Below are positions 9,033-17,597 of a stretch of 64,000 nucleotides of DNA, in pieces (within the stretch, counting starts at the first letter, position 1; every line of letters starts with the position of its first letter). Under the pieces are notes generated by a model. That model worked only from the letters and a program-made list of their open reading frames with translations, did not search any database and was not told where the DNA came from. The translations under genes and the position numbers were made by a program. The DNA is from a virus (taxonomy: Duplodnaviria > Caudoviricetes). Location of the stretch: IMG/VR virus record IMGVR_UViG_3300027851_000023, positions 1,331 to 65,330 of that record, one strand, 5' to 3'.

Positions 9033-9107
9033 TGGTGCGAGAGGTAGGATTCGAACCTACGACCCTCCCCTTGTGACGGGGATGCGCTTCCACTGCGCCA
9101 CTCTCGC
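9033..9107 (-). tRNA. tRNA-Val(CAC)
   Basis: Acceptor GCGAGAG/CTCTCGC, anticodon arm TCCCC-GTCACAA-GGGGA, T loop GGTTCGAATCC, encoded ACCA. Confidence 0.9.
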
Positions 9108-9165
9108 TTGGGTGTGGCCCCGGCCGCCGCAGCGACCGGGGGTTTCAGAACCAGGGCCGGAAGGA

Positions 9166-9612
9166 TCAGTTCAGCAGATCGTCGTCCTCGGGGTCCGCCG
9201 TCTCGGTCTGGATCAGGTTGCCAGCGGCAATCAACTTCTCCATCGTCCGCACGACGACGTCGGTCTTGTCGGCCGGGATCTCGGACAGTTTGGTCGCGCC
9301 GACCTTGCCGAAGATTTCCTGGACCTTGGCCTTCCGGGCATCGCGCTCGGCACCCTCGATTCCGTCCAGATAGGAGACGATCGCGGCGCTGACCGGATTT
9401 TCCTTGGGGGCATCGGCCTTCTCGGTAGCGGCCGGTTTGTCGTCGGACTTCTCGGCCGGCTTCTTGGCGGCGGCGGGCTTGGTCGAAGCGCCCTTGGCGA
9501 CTTCCAGGACCGCGGCGCGGCCTTCGTTGCCCGCCTCGACGGCGGCCGTCAGGGCGATGTTGGAGGCGGTGGTGCGATCGAGAGCGGCGATCAGATTGGC
9601 GATATCGGACAT
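9166..9612 (-). CDS. Ala/Lys-rich hypothetical protein of the replication module
   Basis: GGAGA RBS before ATG 9612; typical position upstream of DUF2800; ends EDDDLLN. Confidence 0.75.
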   Translation of the reverse strand: MSDIANLIAALDRTTASNIALTAAVEAGNEGRAAVLEVAKGASTKPAAAKKPAEKSDDKPAATEKADAPKENPVSAAIVSYLDGIEGAERDARKAKVQEIFGKVGATKLSEIPADKTDVVVRTMEKLIAAGNLIQTETADPEDDDLLN

Positions 9613-9783
9613 AGGGTCTCCGGGTGGCGGGGTTTGAAAATCAGCCCGATTGCCGGGCCTCGACGACCGGAACAAACCACGTCGCCGCTACACTTTCAAC
9701 CCAAATGTGCGATTTATCACGACTGGTTTGATTTTAACCAGTGTGCTGTGTAGGGTCCACGTCGCGAGATATGAGGGCCATCC

Positions 9784-10083
9784 ATGACCACCCAACTTGT
9801 GCCGGGACCGATCAAGAGCGGTCGTCCGCGCAGCACCAACACCGACGCCCGTAAGTTCTACGACGGAAAACTCTACGCCCTGCTGCTGAAGGCGATGCCG
9901 CAGCACGTCGAAGGCGGCCGGCTCAGCCCCAAGAAGGTCGCGGACGCGATCGGCGTCCACAAGTTCACCGTCTACAAGTGGTTGACCAGGGACTTCCTGA
10001 GCCAGAAGGGCGCGAACCTTCTGATCGAGAAGTCGGATGGCGAACTGACGGCCAAGGATCTGATCTCGTTCGTGCTCTCGTAA
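9784..10083 (+). CDS. Cro-like HTH protein
   Basis: KVADAIGVHKFTVYKWL helix-turn-helix; divergent from the replication operon, upstream of primase. Confidence 0.75.
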   Translation: MTTQLVPGPIKSGRPRSTNTDARKFYDGKLYALLLKAMPQHVEGGRLSPKKVADAIGVHKFTVYKWLTRDFLSQKGANLLIEKSDGELTAKDLISFVLS

Positions 10084-10103
10084 GCCGGGAGCCCTGATCC
10101 CGC

Positions 10104-12686
10104 ATGGGAAGTGTCCCCTCAGAGAGCGACGTGCTGCTCGCCGCCCGACGACTCGTCGAGCATGGCGTCGCCGTGCATTGGTTGCATCGTCGCAAGAAAC
10201 GGCCGGTCGGTACCAACTGGCAAACGGCACCGGTACACACGATCGATTCGCTCAAGGCCGACTATCAGACAGGCTTCAACATCGGCATTCGTCCTGGTGA
10301 GCATAGCCGAACTCCCTACGGATACCTGCATCTGTTCGACGTCGACATCCGCAAGCCTGAACTCGCCAGGGAAGCCTGGGCTTGCCTACTGAAGCACTGG
10401 CCTGAGGCCCGCGAAGCACCATTTGTCATCAGCGGCTCGGGTGGCGAGAGCCGTCACGTCTATGTCTTTACGCCTGTTCCCCTGCGATCGATGAGTCTCG
10501 GCCACAGCGAAGGCTTTGAGATGGTCTTCGATCCTGAAAAGGGCAGGGATGTGAAGAAGCGCGACTGGGAAGTCTCGCTCTACGGTGCCCCGAAACAGGC
10601 CGTCCTGCCGCCCTCGGTTCACCCGGACACAGGCGAAAACTATCGCTGGGGTCGAGAAATCGAATGGGATCTGCTCGAGATGGGCCTGGGCCCGGTGGTC
10701 TCAGAGGCAGACATCGCGACTTGGGGTGCTCGCGAAGACGATCTGTCGCTGGACGATCACGATGATCTGATGGCGGCGGTTCGAGCCGCGCCAATGGGAC
10801 TAACCCAGGCTGAGATTGATCGAATACTGGCAGACCTGCCCGAGGACTGGGTTGAGGACCACGATCTCTGGGTCCAGGCTGGCATGGCGCTGCACCACGA
10901 ATACGAAGGCAGTCAACTCGGCTTCGAACGCTGGTGCGAGTGGTCAAAGCAGTCGGCCAAGTTCGACGTCAAGGATCTGAAGACCCGTTGGAAGTCGTTC
11001 AAGGATCGCAAGAACCCTGTCCGAATGGCAACGCTGATCAAAGCCGCAGGTGAAGCCCGCCTGCAGCGCGATCACGCCGACCTGGAAGACCTTTTCGGCG
11101 ATGCCGAGGTCGATGAGCCGACCACCGGGACCGCTCTGGCATTGCTGGACACCAAGACCCAGGCGACGCTCGACGACGATTTCCTCTCCGACCTGCTGAG
11201 TGAGTCGCCAAAAACAACTGACCCCGACCTGGACACCATTCTCGGCACCGATGATTCGATCGCGCCGGGCGCAAATGGAGCGTCTGGTCTGGGTCCGCTC
11301 GATCCGAACTGGAAGTCCTACCTCCAGATGACCGAGGACGGACTGGGTATCAAGGCGACCCTGCACAACGTCGAACTGATCATCCGCAACGACCCTCGCA
11401 CACGCGGGGTGATGGCCTTCAACGAGTTCACCCAGGAGATCGTGCAGCGCGGCACGCCCAAATCATTCAAACTCAAGAAGGCCGGACCCAAGCCGGTGCG
11501 CCAGCTGGACGGGCACATCTGGGACGTCCGCGACAAGGTCAACGGCGACCTGTGGTCCGACAGTCATGACGTCGGTGTCCGCGTCGTGCTCGAGGCCCCT
11601 ACCCGCCAGGGTGGCTACTCCCTGAAGACCAGCGACCGGGATCTGCGCAGTGCGCTCGACAAGGTGGCGCACCTAAATAAGTTCCACCCGATCCGCGAGT
11701 ATCTGTCCGGCCTGGTCTGGGACGGCGAGCGCCGGGTGTCCAAACTGTTCGTCGACTATGTCGGTGCGGAGGACAACGCCTACCACCGTGAGGCCGGCGT
11801 GCTGACGATGCTCGCCGCGGTCACTCGGGTGTTCGAGCCCGGCCACAAGTTCGACTTCGTGCCGATCCTGGAAGGGCTGCAGGGCAAACGGAAGTCGACC
11901 TTCATCAACATCCTGGCCCGGCACTGGTTTGCCGAACTGGAAGGCGACTTCCACGACACAAAGGCCATGGTCGAGAAGATGCAGGGCTCATGGATTCTCG
12001 AAATCCCCGAGTTGCAGGGCTTCAGCAAGGCCGAGGTCACGACCATCAAGGGCTTCGTCAGTCGCACCTTCGACAAGGTCCGCCTGGCCTACGCGAAGCG
12101 GGCTTCCGAGTTCCATCGGCAGTGCATCTTCATCGGCTCGACCAATGACGTCGAGTATCTGCGCGACAGCACGGGCGGCCGACGCTTCCTGCCGATCGCC
12201 TGCAACATCGGCGAGATCGACACCGACCTGCTCCGCAAGAATATCGACCAGTTGTGGGCCGAGGCGAAGCATCTCTACGATGTCTGGCGGCGCGAGCAGC
12301 CACACGGGACGCTTCCGCTCTATATGCGCAACGACGAAGCCTCGGCCGAGGCCAAGCGTCTGCAGGAGAGCCGCCGGCAGGTCACGACGGACGACGTCAT
12401 GGCGGCCCGGATCGAGCACTGGCTGTCGCAGCCGATCGGCTCGGACCTGGGCGGTTTCGACGACCTCGACGAAGTCGATCCCGAGTCGATCCGCTATCAC
12501 GAGGAAGTCTGCATTGCCCAAATCTGGGAGGAAATGATGGGCCAGGACATCAATCGTAAGAGCGAACGGGATCAGCAGATGCTCGGGCGCGCGATGCGAA
12601 AGGTCGAAGGCTGGGCCCCGGCCGGGCAGACGCGGTTCGCGAAGTACGGAAAACAGCGAGTCTTCCGCCGCATCGACCCGATCTGA
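10104..12686 (+). CDS. Primase-polymerase / PriCT-2 / VirE-like helicase
   Basis: N-terminal Prim-Pol (DVD, GGESRH, LPPSVHP), PriCT-2 (W..AGMALHH...WS..S.KF), VirE P-loop LEGLQGKRKST and RDSTGGRRF. Confidence 0.9.
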   Translation: MGSVPSESDVLLAARRLVEHGVAVHWLHRRKKRPVGTNWQTAPVHTIDSLKADYQTGFNIGIRPGEHSRTPYGYLHLFDVDIRKPELAREAWACLLKHWPEAREAPFVISGSGGESRHVYVFTPVPLRSMSLGHSEGFEMVFDPEKGRDVKKRDWEVSLYGAPKQAVLPPSVHPDTGENYRWGREIEWDLLEMGLGPVVSEADIATWGAREDDLSLDDHDDLMAAVRAAPMGLTQAEIDRILADLPEDWVEDHDLWVQAGMALHHEYEGSQLGFERWCEWSKQSAKFDVKDLKTRWKSFKDRKNPVRMATLIKAAGEARLQRDHADLEDLFGDAEVDEPTTGTALALLDTKTQATLDDDFLSDLLSESPKTTDPDLDTILGTDDSIAPGANGASGLGPLDPNWKSYLQMTEDGLGIKATLHNVELIIRNDPRTRGVMAFNEFTQEIVQRGTPKSFKLKKAGPKPVRQLDGHIWDVRDKVNGDLWSDSHDVGVRVVLEAPTRQGGYSLKTSDRDLRSALDKVAHLNKFHPIREYLSGLVWDGERRVSKLFVDYVGAEDNAYHREAGVLTMLAAVTRVFEPGHKFDFVPILEGLQGKRKSTFINILARHWFAELEGDFHDTKAMVEKMQGSWILEIPELQGFSKAEVTTIKGFVSRTFDKVRLAYAKRASEFHRQCIFIGSTNDVEYLRDSTGGRRFLPIACNIGEIDTDLLRKNIDQLWAEAKHLYDVWRREQPHGTLPLYMRNDEASAEAKRLQESRRQVTTDDVMAARIEHWLSQPIGSDLGGFDDLDEVDPESIRYHEEVCIAQIWEEMMGQDINRKSERDQQMLGRAMRKVEGWAPAGQTRFAKYGKQRVFRRIDPI

Positions 12687-12694
12687 GCAACTTG

Positions 12695-13130
12695 CATTTA
12701 AATCGCACTTCATGACCCCGGTGGCCCCGCGCTGCCGGGGTTTCTCGTTTAAATGCAACTTCGATCCAAATGCACTTTGAATCTTAAAGTAGTGGAACGG
12801 GTTGAGCAGACCAACCCGTTCCACCCTAAACTGCTGAAGTTGCTGACAAAAAAGGCACTTTTTGCCAGGGTGGAACGGGTTGAACCCGATTCCCATAAAC
12901 TTCACCACTAGGGTGTTTTTCAGAATCGCCTCCGACCAGTGTGATCGTCGCCAGACAAATAGGGGTCACTCTCAAATGACAACACTCTAGAATCGACTAA
13001 AACCTGTTCCACCTGTTCCACCTATTGATATTGCTAAGGAAAATACCCGGAACAGGTCGGAACACGGTCGGAACAGGTCTGAAACCCGTTCCACCTGCTG
13101 ATCTGCGGCTTTCGAAGTGCGATTTAAATG
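12695..13130. other. Putative replication origin
   Basis: AT-rich non-coding region with repeated GTGGAAC(G/A)GGT / ACC(C/T)GTTCCAC units (12792, 12812, 12870, 13002-13023, 13049-13095), bracketed by a 17-bp inverted repeat at 12695-12711 and 13114-13130. Confidence 0.65.
12714..12750 (+). terminator. Intrinsic terminator after primase
   Basis: ACCCCGGTGGC...GCTGCCGGGGT hairpin followed by TTCTCGTTT. Confidence 0.55.
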
Positions 13131-13194
13131 AGAGTTCGCCCTGGTGCCGGGCAAAAGGCATAGGTCTTTTTTGAAAACTCTCGAATAGCGGGGT

Positions 13195-13236
13195 CGGTGT
13201 CCGCCGCGCTTCCCATCAACCCGTCAAAAGGGACCC
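13195..13236 (-). other. Putative lambda-like cos site (cosQ-like plus cosN)
   Basis: Minus strand GGGTCCC, 23 nt, then CGGCGGACACCG; same spacing as lambda GGGTCCT-N23-GGGCGGCGACCT; lambda-type terminase present. Confidence 0.55.
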
Positions 13237-13342
13237 AAAGCCATTGGAATGATTGATTAAATCGGTCATTGAGACGCGCGGAATCGGGCTTCAAACGACG
13301 CTCTCGAGGTGACGAACAGGCGTCGTGACGCCGCGCCGATCA

Positions 13343-13403
13343 TTTAAACGCATCCCCTGACGCCCCTTCGCAGGGCCCGCCTCGTTTAAACGCATCCCCT
13401 GAC
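13343..13403. repeat. 19-bp direct repeat TTTAAACGCATCCCCTGAC (2 copies, 42-bp period)
   Basis: Exact copies at 13343-13361 and 13385-13403. Confidence 0.9.
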
Positions 13404-13481
13404 AAGGGACGCGAGGTCGTACGGTAGCAGCTGCGCAGGTGATCGGAGGGCGGCCGGATCTGGCCAGGGTCTGCACATAGC

Positions 13482-13511
13482 AAAAGGCCCGCCGGGCGAA
13501 CCGGGCGGGCC
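13482..13511 (-). terminator. Intrinsic terminator of the leftward early operon
   Basis: AGGCCCGCCCGG-TTCG-CCCGGCGGGCC followed by TTTT. Confidence 0.8.
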
Positions 13512-13571
13512 TGATAGGTGACGATGTCAGGTCGGGTTAGCCGCTTGCGCGGGCGCCGGCCATGGGCGGGC

Positions 13572-13700
13572 TTATGGGGCCTTGAGGAAGGATGCCAGGA
13601 CGGCACCGAATAGCAGGAGAACAACGGCCGCTCCGACCTGGCCACGGCATAGACAGATGGCACATAGGACTAGCAGCACGACGCCAAAGGGGCCCTTCAT
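13572..13700 (-). CDS. Small membrane protein (42 aa)
   Basis: MKGPFGVVLLVLCAICLCRGQVGAAVVLLLFGAVLASFLKAP; ATGA-coupled; below ORF-track cutoff. Confidence 0.6.
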   Translation of the reverse strand: MKGPFGVVLLVLCAICLCRGQVGAAVVLLLFGAVLASFLKAP

Positions 13701-13849
13701 GATCGGCCCCTTTTCAGGTCGGCAACTTGAACTCGCTTGGCCGTATCGTTCAGCGCGGCTAGGGCCCGCCAGGCCTTATCTTGTGCCTCAGGTGACGCCG
13801 CGTTTGCCCATTCGTCCATGAGACGCTGTCGCTTGGCTTCTATAGTCAT
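13697..13849 (-). CDS. Small hypothetical protein (50 aa)
   Basis: MTIEAKRQRLMDEW...; ATGA overlaps at both ends. Confidence 0.6.
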   Translation of the reverse strand: MTIEAKRQRLMDEWANAASPEAQDKAWRALAALNDTAKRVQVADLKRGRS

Positions 13850-14124
13850 GCGCCAGCCTCCAGCTTATCAGCATGGGCGATGATCCGATCAGCCCATGCG
13901 CGGGCCTCGCTGGCGACATAGCGCAACGCATCCGCCTCCGACATTGTTCGATCACCGAATACCGTCGACCCGTCGCGCGATGCGCCATAGCCATTCTGGC
14001 CTTGAGGCTTAGCGCCCCTGAACGCCCATGCGTTCGTCGACTGTCGCGCGACCTGGCCGGCGGGATAGCGTTCCGTCGGCATGGTGATCTTGGCTTCGAA
14101 ACTGATATCAAGCACAGGGCTCAT
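13846..14124 (-). CDS. Hypothetical early protein
   Basis: ATGA-coupled within the operon. Confidence 0.65.
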   Translation of the reverse strand: MSPVLDISFEAKITMPTERYPAGQVARQSTNAWAFRGAKPQGQNGYGASRDGSTVFGDRTMSEADALRYVASEARAWADRIIAHADKLEAGA

Positions 14125-14684
14125 GACAGATAAACCTTTCCATCGTCGCCCATATAGGCGTCACGGTTTCCGGCCTTGCGGGCGGCCGCGCTAAGGCGTT
14201 CGCGGATAGACTCGGCTTTCAGCCGGTTGCGTTGCGAAAGCAGCGCGTCCCAGTCGCTATTAGACCGACGCGCGTCGACCATGGCCGTTGTCAGTCGCTC
14301 ATATTCAGCCGAGTCAGGCTCGAGCGCCTCACGATCCCAGAAGCCGACTCCATGTCCGCAACGGGTAAACCAAAAGTCGCGCCCGGCTTGGCTCGCGTCA
14401 TAATCTCGCGCATAGGCAGACTCGAGCGTCGCGGCGTTCTCGCGCTCAAAGGTTTCGCAATCTGCGACGATCGTTCGGAGGGTTTCGGACGCCAAGTCGC
14501 CGAACGCGGGCGAAGTGATCCCGCCGATAAAGTCGCCCTCATCGTCAGGCCAGGTGAAGAAAAGCGCTTCAATGTACCCCTGCGCAAAGTCTGACAGGTC
14601 GGACCATTGGAGCGGGCCCGTGCTGCCATGGTGATTGATCGGAGCGGCGACGGCGCCGGACGTGTCTAGGTAAAACTCAGGCAT
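14121..14684 (-). CDS. Conserved-type phage hypothetical protein
   Basis: GRDFWFTRCGHGVGFWDR motif of a kind common in phage early proteins; repeated header and RBS upstream. Confidence 0.75.
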   Translation of the reverse strand: MPEFYLDTSGAVAAPINHHGSTGPLQWSDLSDFAQGYIEALFFTWPDDEGDFIGGITSPAFGDLASETLRTIVADCETFERENAATLESAYARDYDASQAGRDFWFTRCGHGVGFWDREALEPDSAEYERLTTAMVDARRSNSDWDALLSQRNRLKAESIRERLSAAARKAGNRDAYMGDDGKVYLS

Positions 14685-14719
14685 GGTTGACTGTCCCGTT
14701 AAAGGTGAAAAGTGACGCG

Positions 14720-15403
14720 TCAGACGTTGCGGGCTGCGCGGCCCAGGGCGTAGCGGGCGGCTTGTTCGGAGGCGTGGCCGGAAGTGCTGAAATAGGCGGT
14801 TTTACCGTCTGACGTGCCTAACCAAGCCGTCCAAAGTCCGCCGCTATTCTGCAGGGCGACAGGCGTCAGATAGGGGCCTTCGGCGATGCGTTGCGCCAGC
14901 GACTCCAGGGCGTCACCGTCCAGGTTCATGAACGCCGACTCGGCCATTCGTTCCCGATATTCGACGCCGTGTGGCGCGTTCACTTCGTCAGTGAAGCAGG
15001 ACGCGAAAAGGATATCGCCGCCGCTTTCCCGCGTAATCTCGACTCGCGCCCAAACGTCTTCGCCCTCTAGCGCGGCGTCGCGCCATTCCTCGGCTTCAGG
15101 CTGATCCATGTCGTATAGGGGCGGCCGGTCGGGAAACTGACGCGCCCATTCCGACGCCTGCGCATCCTCCGCTCTGGAGATCAGCGCGTCTAGCATTGGC
15201 GTTCCGGTTCCGGTTGAACTGTAGAACGATAGGGCCGCGTACATTGACACGGTGAATCCGTCCTGGTGCTCCAGCTTTTCCGGTTCGCGGCGGTCCAGGG
15301 CTTCGTCGTTATCAGTCATGGATTCGACAACCGCGATCATGACCGCGGCCATTTTAGCATCGATTGTCGCGGCCTGAATGTGATCGGTGTAAAGCATAGC
15401 CAT
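14720..15403 (-). CDS. Acidic hypothetical early protein
   Basis: Start at 15403 follows the repeated TTTCAC-N7-GGGA header. Confidence 0.7.
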   Translation of the reverse strand: MAMLYTDHIQAATIDAKMAAVMIAVVESMTDNDEALDRREPEKLEHQDGFTVSMYAALSFYSSTGTGTPMLDALISRAEDAQASEWARQFPDRPPLYDMDQPEAEEWRDAALEGEDVWARVEITRESGGDILFASCFTDEVNAPHGVEYRERMAESAFMNLDGDALESLAQRIAEGPYLTPVALQNSGGLWTAWLGTSDGKTAYFSTSGHASEQAARYALGRAARNV

Positions 15404-15432
15404 TGTGTGAGTGTCCCGTGAAAGGTGAAAGG

Positions 15433-15828
15433 TTAGACGGCTTGAACGACGCGGAAACCCTGCGACTCCAGCGCGCGAGTCCAGTCGTTCGAGTCCATGG
15501 CGGGACCGGCCGCTTGCATCTTCGCCCGATTGGCGTCGACCTTGTCGCCCCATGTATTGTGATGGTCCGACGGCTCGCGCTGATCGTATGCCGGGATCTT
15601 GGCGATAGCCGCGCCGACGGCCGCTGATCTCTTGTCGTATCCATAGCCGTTGGCATGGGCGCGAATCATCTGGACTCCGATCAGATGCACATAGGCATAA
15701 AGCCGTCCGGCGCCGTCGCGGGGAAACTTGATCGCCACGGTCGCGACCCGCTCGCCACTGGAGTCCAGGATGACGAAAGCGGACACACTGGCGAACGCCG
15801 CTTTATGTTGATCATAGATGTCGGACAT
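15433..15828 (-). CDS. Hypothetical protein (GYGYDKRSAA motif)
   Basis: GGAG RBS; fits operon packing. Confidence 0.7.
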   Translation of the reverse strand: MSDIYDQHKAAFASVSAFVILDSSGERVATVAIKFPRDGAGRLYAYVHLIGVQMIRAHANGYGYDKRSAAVGAAIAKIPAYDQREPSDHHNTWGDKVDANRAKMQAAGPAMDSNDWTRALESQGFRVVQAV

Positions 15829-15832
15829 TGGC

Positions 15833-15982
15833 TTAGGCTCCGAAGGCCGCGCCGATCAGCGCGGCAAGGGTTGTGAAAACGAATCCGAGAAACCAGACGC
15901 CAAAGGCGCCCGCGATTGCCAGGACGACGACGCCCCATGCGGGCCCGCGATCCGGGTTAGGCGAGTAGGGAAAGCGGCTCAT
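15833..15982 (-). CDS. Small membrane protein (49 aa)
   Basis: Hydrophobic C-terminal 35 aa; ATGA-coupled start at 15982. Confidence 0.55.
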   Translation of the reverse strand: MSRFPYSPNPDRGPAWGVVVLAIAGAFGVWFLGFVFTTLAALIGAAFGA

Positions 15983-16287
15983 GCGTACGACTCCACGACG
16001 TGAACCGGGGCCCCATGGAGTCCGGGCACGACATAGGTGCGCATGTTGCTCTGACGCGGCGTCGCGAAGATGCGAGCGGGCGGATTGAGGCGGGTCAGGG
16101 CGGCGCGGGCATCCGACTTGCGACGGAAGTTCGGGAGGGCCATGCCGTCGACCGTGACGGCCGTTGTGTGCCATCCGTTGCCGTCACTGGCCACGATGCG
16201 CCAATGACGCGGGCAGATGTCCCTGGCGACCTTAAGCGACACGTCGCGGGCGAGATAGCCGTTAGGAAGGGTGACGGTGATTGTCAT
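15979..16287 (-). CDS. Hypothetical early protein
   Basis: Start follows the repeated header. Confidence 0.65.
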   Translation of the reverse strand: MTITVTLPNGYLARDVSLKVARDICPRHWRIVASDGNGWHTTAVTVDGMALPNFRRKSDARAALTRLNPPARIFATPRQSNMRTYVVPGLHGAPVHVVESYA

Positions 16288-16315
16288 TCGGTGAGTCTCC
16301 CGTAAAAGGTGAAAG

Positions 16316-16522
16316 TTAGTCGCAAGGCTGCAGGGTTTGGATCGGAGCGAGCGCATTCGCCTGATAGATCGCTTGGACGTCCGTCACCTTGCCGACTCCG
16401 TCGCGTTCGATCCGGTCGCGAGCCTCGAGGGCCGTCCGCGCGTCGGGATATTTCAGGCCCAACTGGACGCCTAGTAGGAGGTCAATCCATCCGACGGCGT
16501 AAAGCGGTTCATTGTCTCGCAT
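16316..16522 (-). CDS. Hypothetical early protein
   Basis: AGGAG RBS upstream of ATG 16522. Confidence 0.6.
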   Translation of the reverse strand: MRDNEPLYAVGWIDLLLGVQLGLKYPDARTALEARDRIERDGVGKVTDVQAIYQANALAPIQTLQPCD

Positions 16523-16524
16523 CG

Positions 16525-16797
16525 TCAGGACTCCTTGCGGTAGGTGCGACCCGAACAATCGTCAGGGTCAAGGTGCGATCCGCCGCACAAGTGACAGAGC
16601 GGCGGAAGGGTTTCAGCGGCGCGGCGTTGCGCATGGCGAACGGCACCGCCTGCACTGGCGATAGCGGCACGGGCCTTTGCAGCTGCGGCCGTCGCGCCTG
16701 CCCTGGCCAGTTTGTCGCGAGCGCTGCGCAGGTCGACCATTGCCGACTCTGTCAAGGCGACGGTTGCGGCCGTGGCGGTTTTCAGGGGGCGGGCCAT
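16525..16797 (-). CDS. Ala-rich hypothetical protein with CxxC...H...C tail
   Basis: TGATG coupling; CHLCGGSHLDPDDC could bind zinc. Confidence 0.6.
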   Translation of the reverse strand: MARPLKTATAATVALTESAMVDLRSARDKLARAGATAAAAKARAAIASAGGAVRHAQRRAAETLPPLCHLCGGSHLDPDDCSGRTYRKES

Positions 16798-17012
16798 CAG
16801 GCACCCCGAGTCGGAGCAAGAGCGGCACCAAGTGCGCCCATGCCGATCAGGCCGCCAAGAACAAAAGTCATGGTCCCTAGCGCGTAGACCTGCGAAGAGG
16901 CTTCAAAGTCGGAGGCGACGCCGCGAACTTCGATTCCGGCTGCGCAAAGGACGAACGAAGCGAAGGCGCAAAAGGCGACAACTGCGAAGCGGATCAGGGC
17001 GGGTTTCGTCAT
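16797..17012 (-). CDS. Small two-TM membrane protein
   Basis: Two hydrophobic stretches; first gene of the leftward operon. Confidence 0.6.
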   Translation of the reverse strand: MTKPALIRFAVVAFCAFASFVLCAAGIEVRGVASDFEASSQVYALGTMTFVLGGLIGMGALGAALAPTRGA

Positions 17013-17429
17013 CTGCTTAAATCCATCTGTCTGTGAACGTGAAAGCGTTCTCTCACGCATCGCGGCGACTATCAATCAAAAAGTGAAAATAAACGAGGCG
17101 GGGCCTAGCCGCGATGCGTCGCCGCGCTCGCCAGGTCGAAAGCTGCAGCCTTTCACGGACTCCGCAATCGCGACCTGATCAGGGCGCCAGCTGACGGCCG
17201 ACCGGACGTGAGTTGCTTTAGAAAACGCGCGGGCGCGCTACGCCTGTGCGCGGGCCTGGGCACACCTGCGCGGGTGCCTGCCTGGGTGTGCGCGCGCCCG
17301 TATATGAGGGCTTACCTTGGTGACCTGGCCCGTTCCAAAATTTCAGAGCGGCCGGCGCAACCTTGGCCCTGCAGCCGGATCGAGATTCAGCCGGCGCAAC
17401 CTCGGCGACCTCGCCGGATCGGAGACAAG

Positions 17430-17459
17430 AAAAAGCCCGCCGCGGCGAACCGGGCGGGC
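17430..17459 (-). terminator. Intrinsic terminator or attenuator
   Basis: GCCCGCCCGG-TTCG-CCGCGGCGGGC-TTTTT; near copy of 13482-13511. Confidence 0.8.
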
Positions 17460-17492
17460 CAAGGTCAGGGAAGCATCATCAGGAGGCGGGGA

Positions 17493-17510
17493 TTAGCCGC
17501 CGGGGCGCAT
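17493..17510 (-). CDS. Candidate minigene / leader peptide MRPGG
   Basis: AGGAGAG-accacc-ATG CGC CCC GGC GGC TAA between a TTGACG element and a terminator. Confidence 0.45.
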   Translation of the reverse strand: MRPGG

Positions 17511-17597
17511 GGTGGTCTCTCCTGGGCTCAAGCAGCGGGTCCGCAACCTCAAAGGACTGGCCGGAACATCACGAACCTGAGCGCATCAGCCGGACAC

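Noticed and set aside
9033-9107. tRNA with a TCA anticodon (opal suppressor or Sec)
   Set aside because: The 5-bp stem and 7-nt loop centre CAC at 34-36; the variable arm is short.
12790-13100. Clustered short repeats as a CRISPR array
   Set aside because: Repeats are 10-13 bp, in both orientations and irregularly spaced, with no unique spacers; DUF2800 is a normal phage nuclease. An origin fits better.
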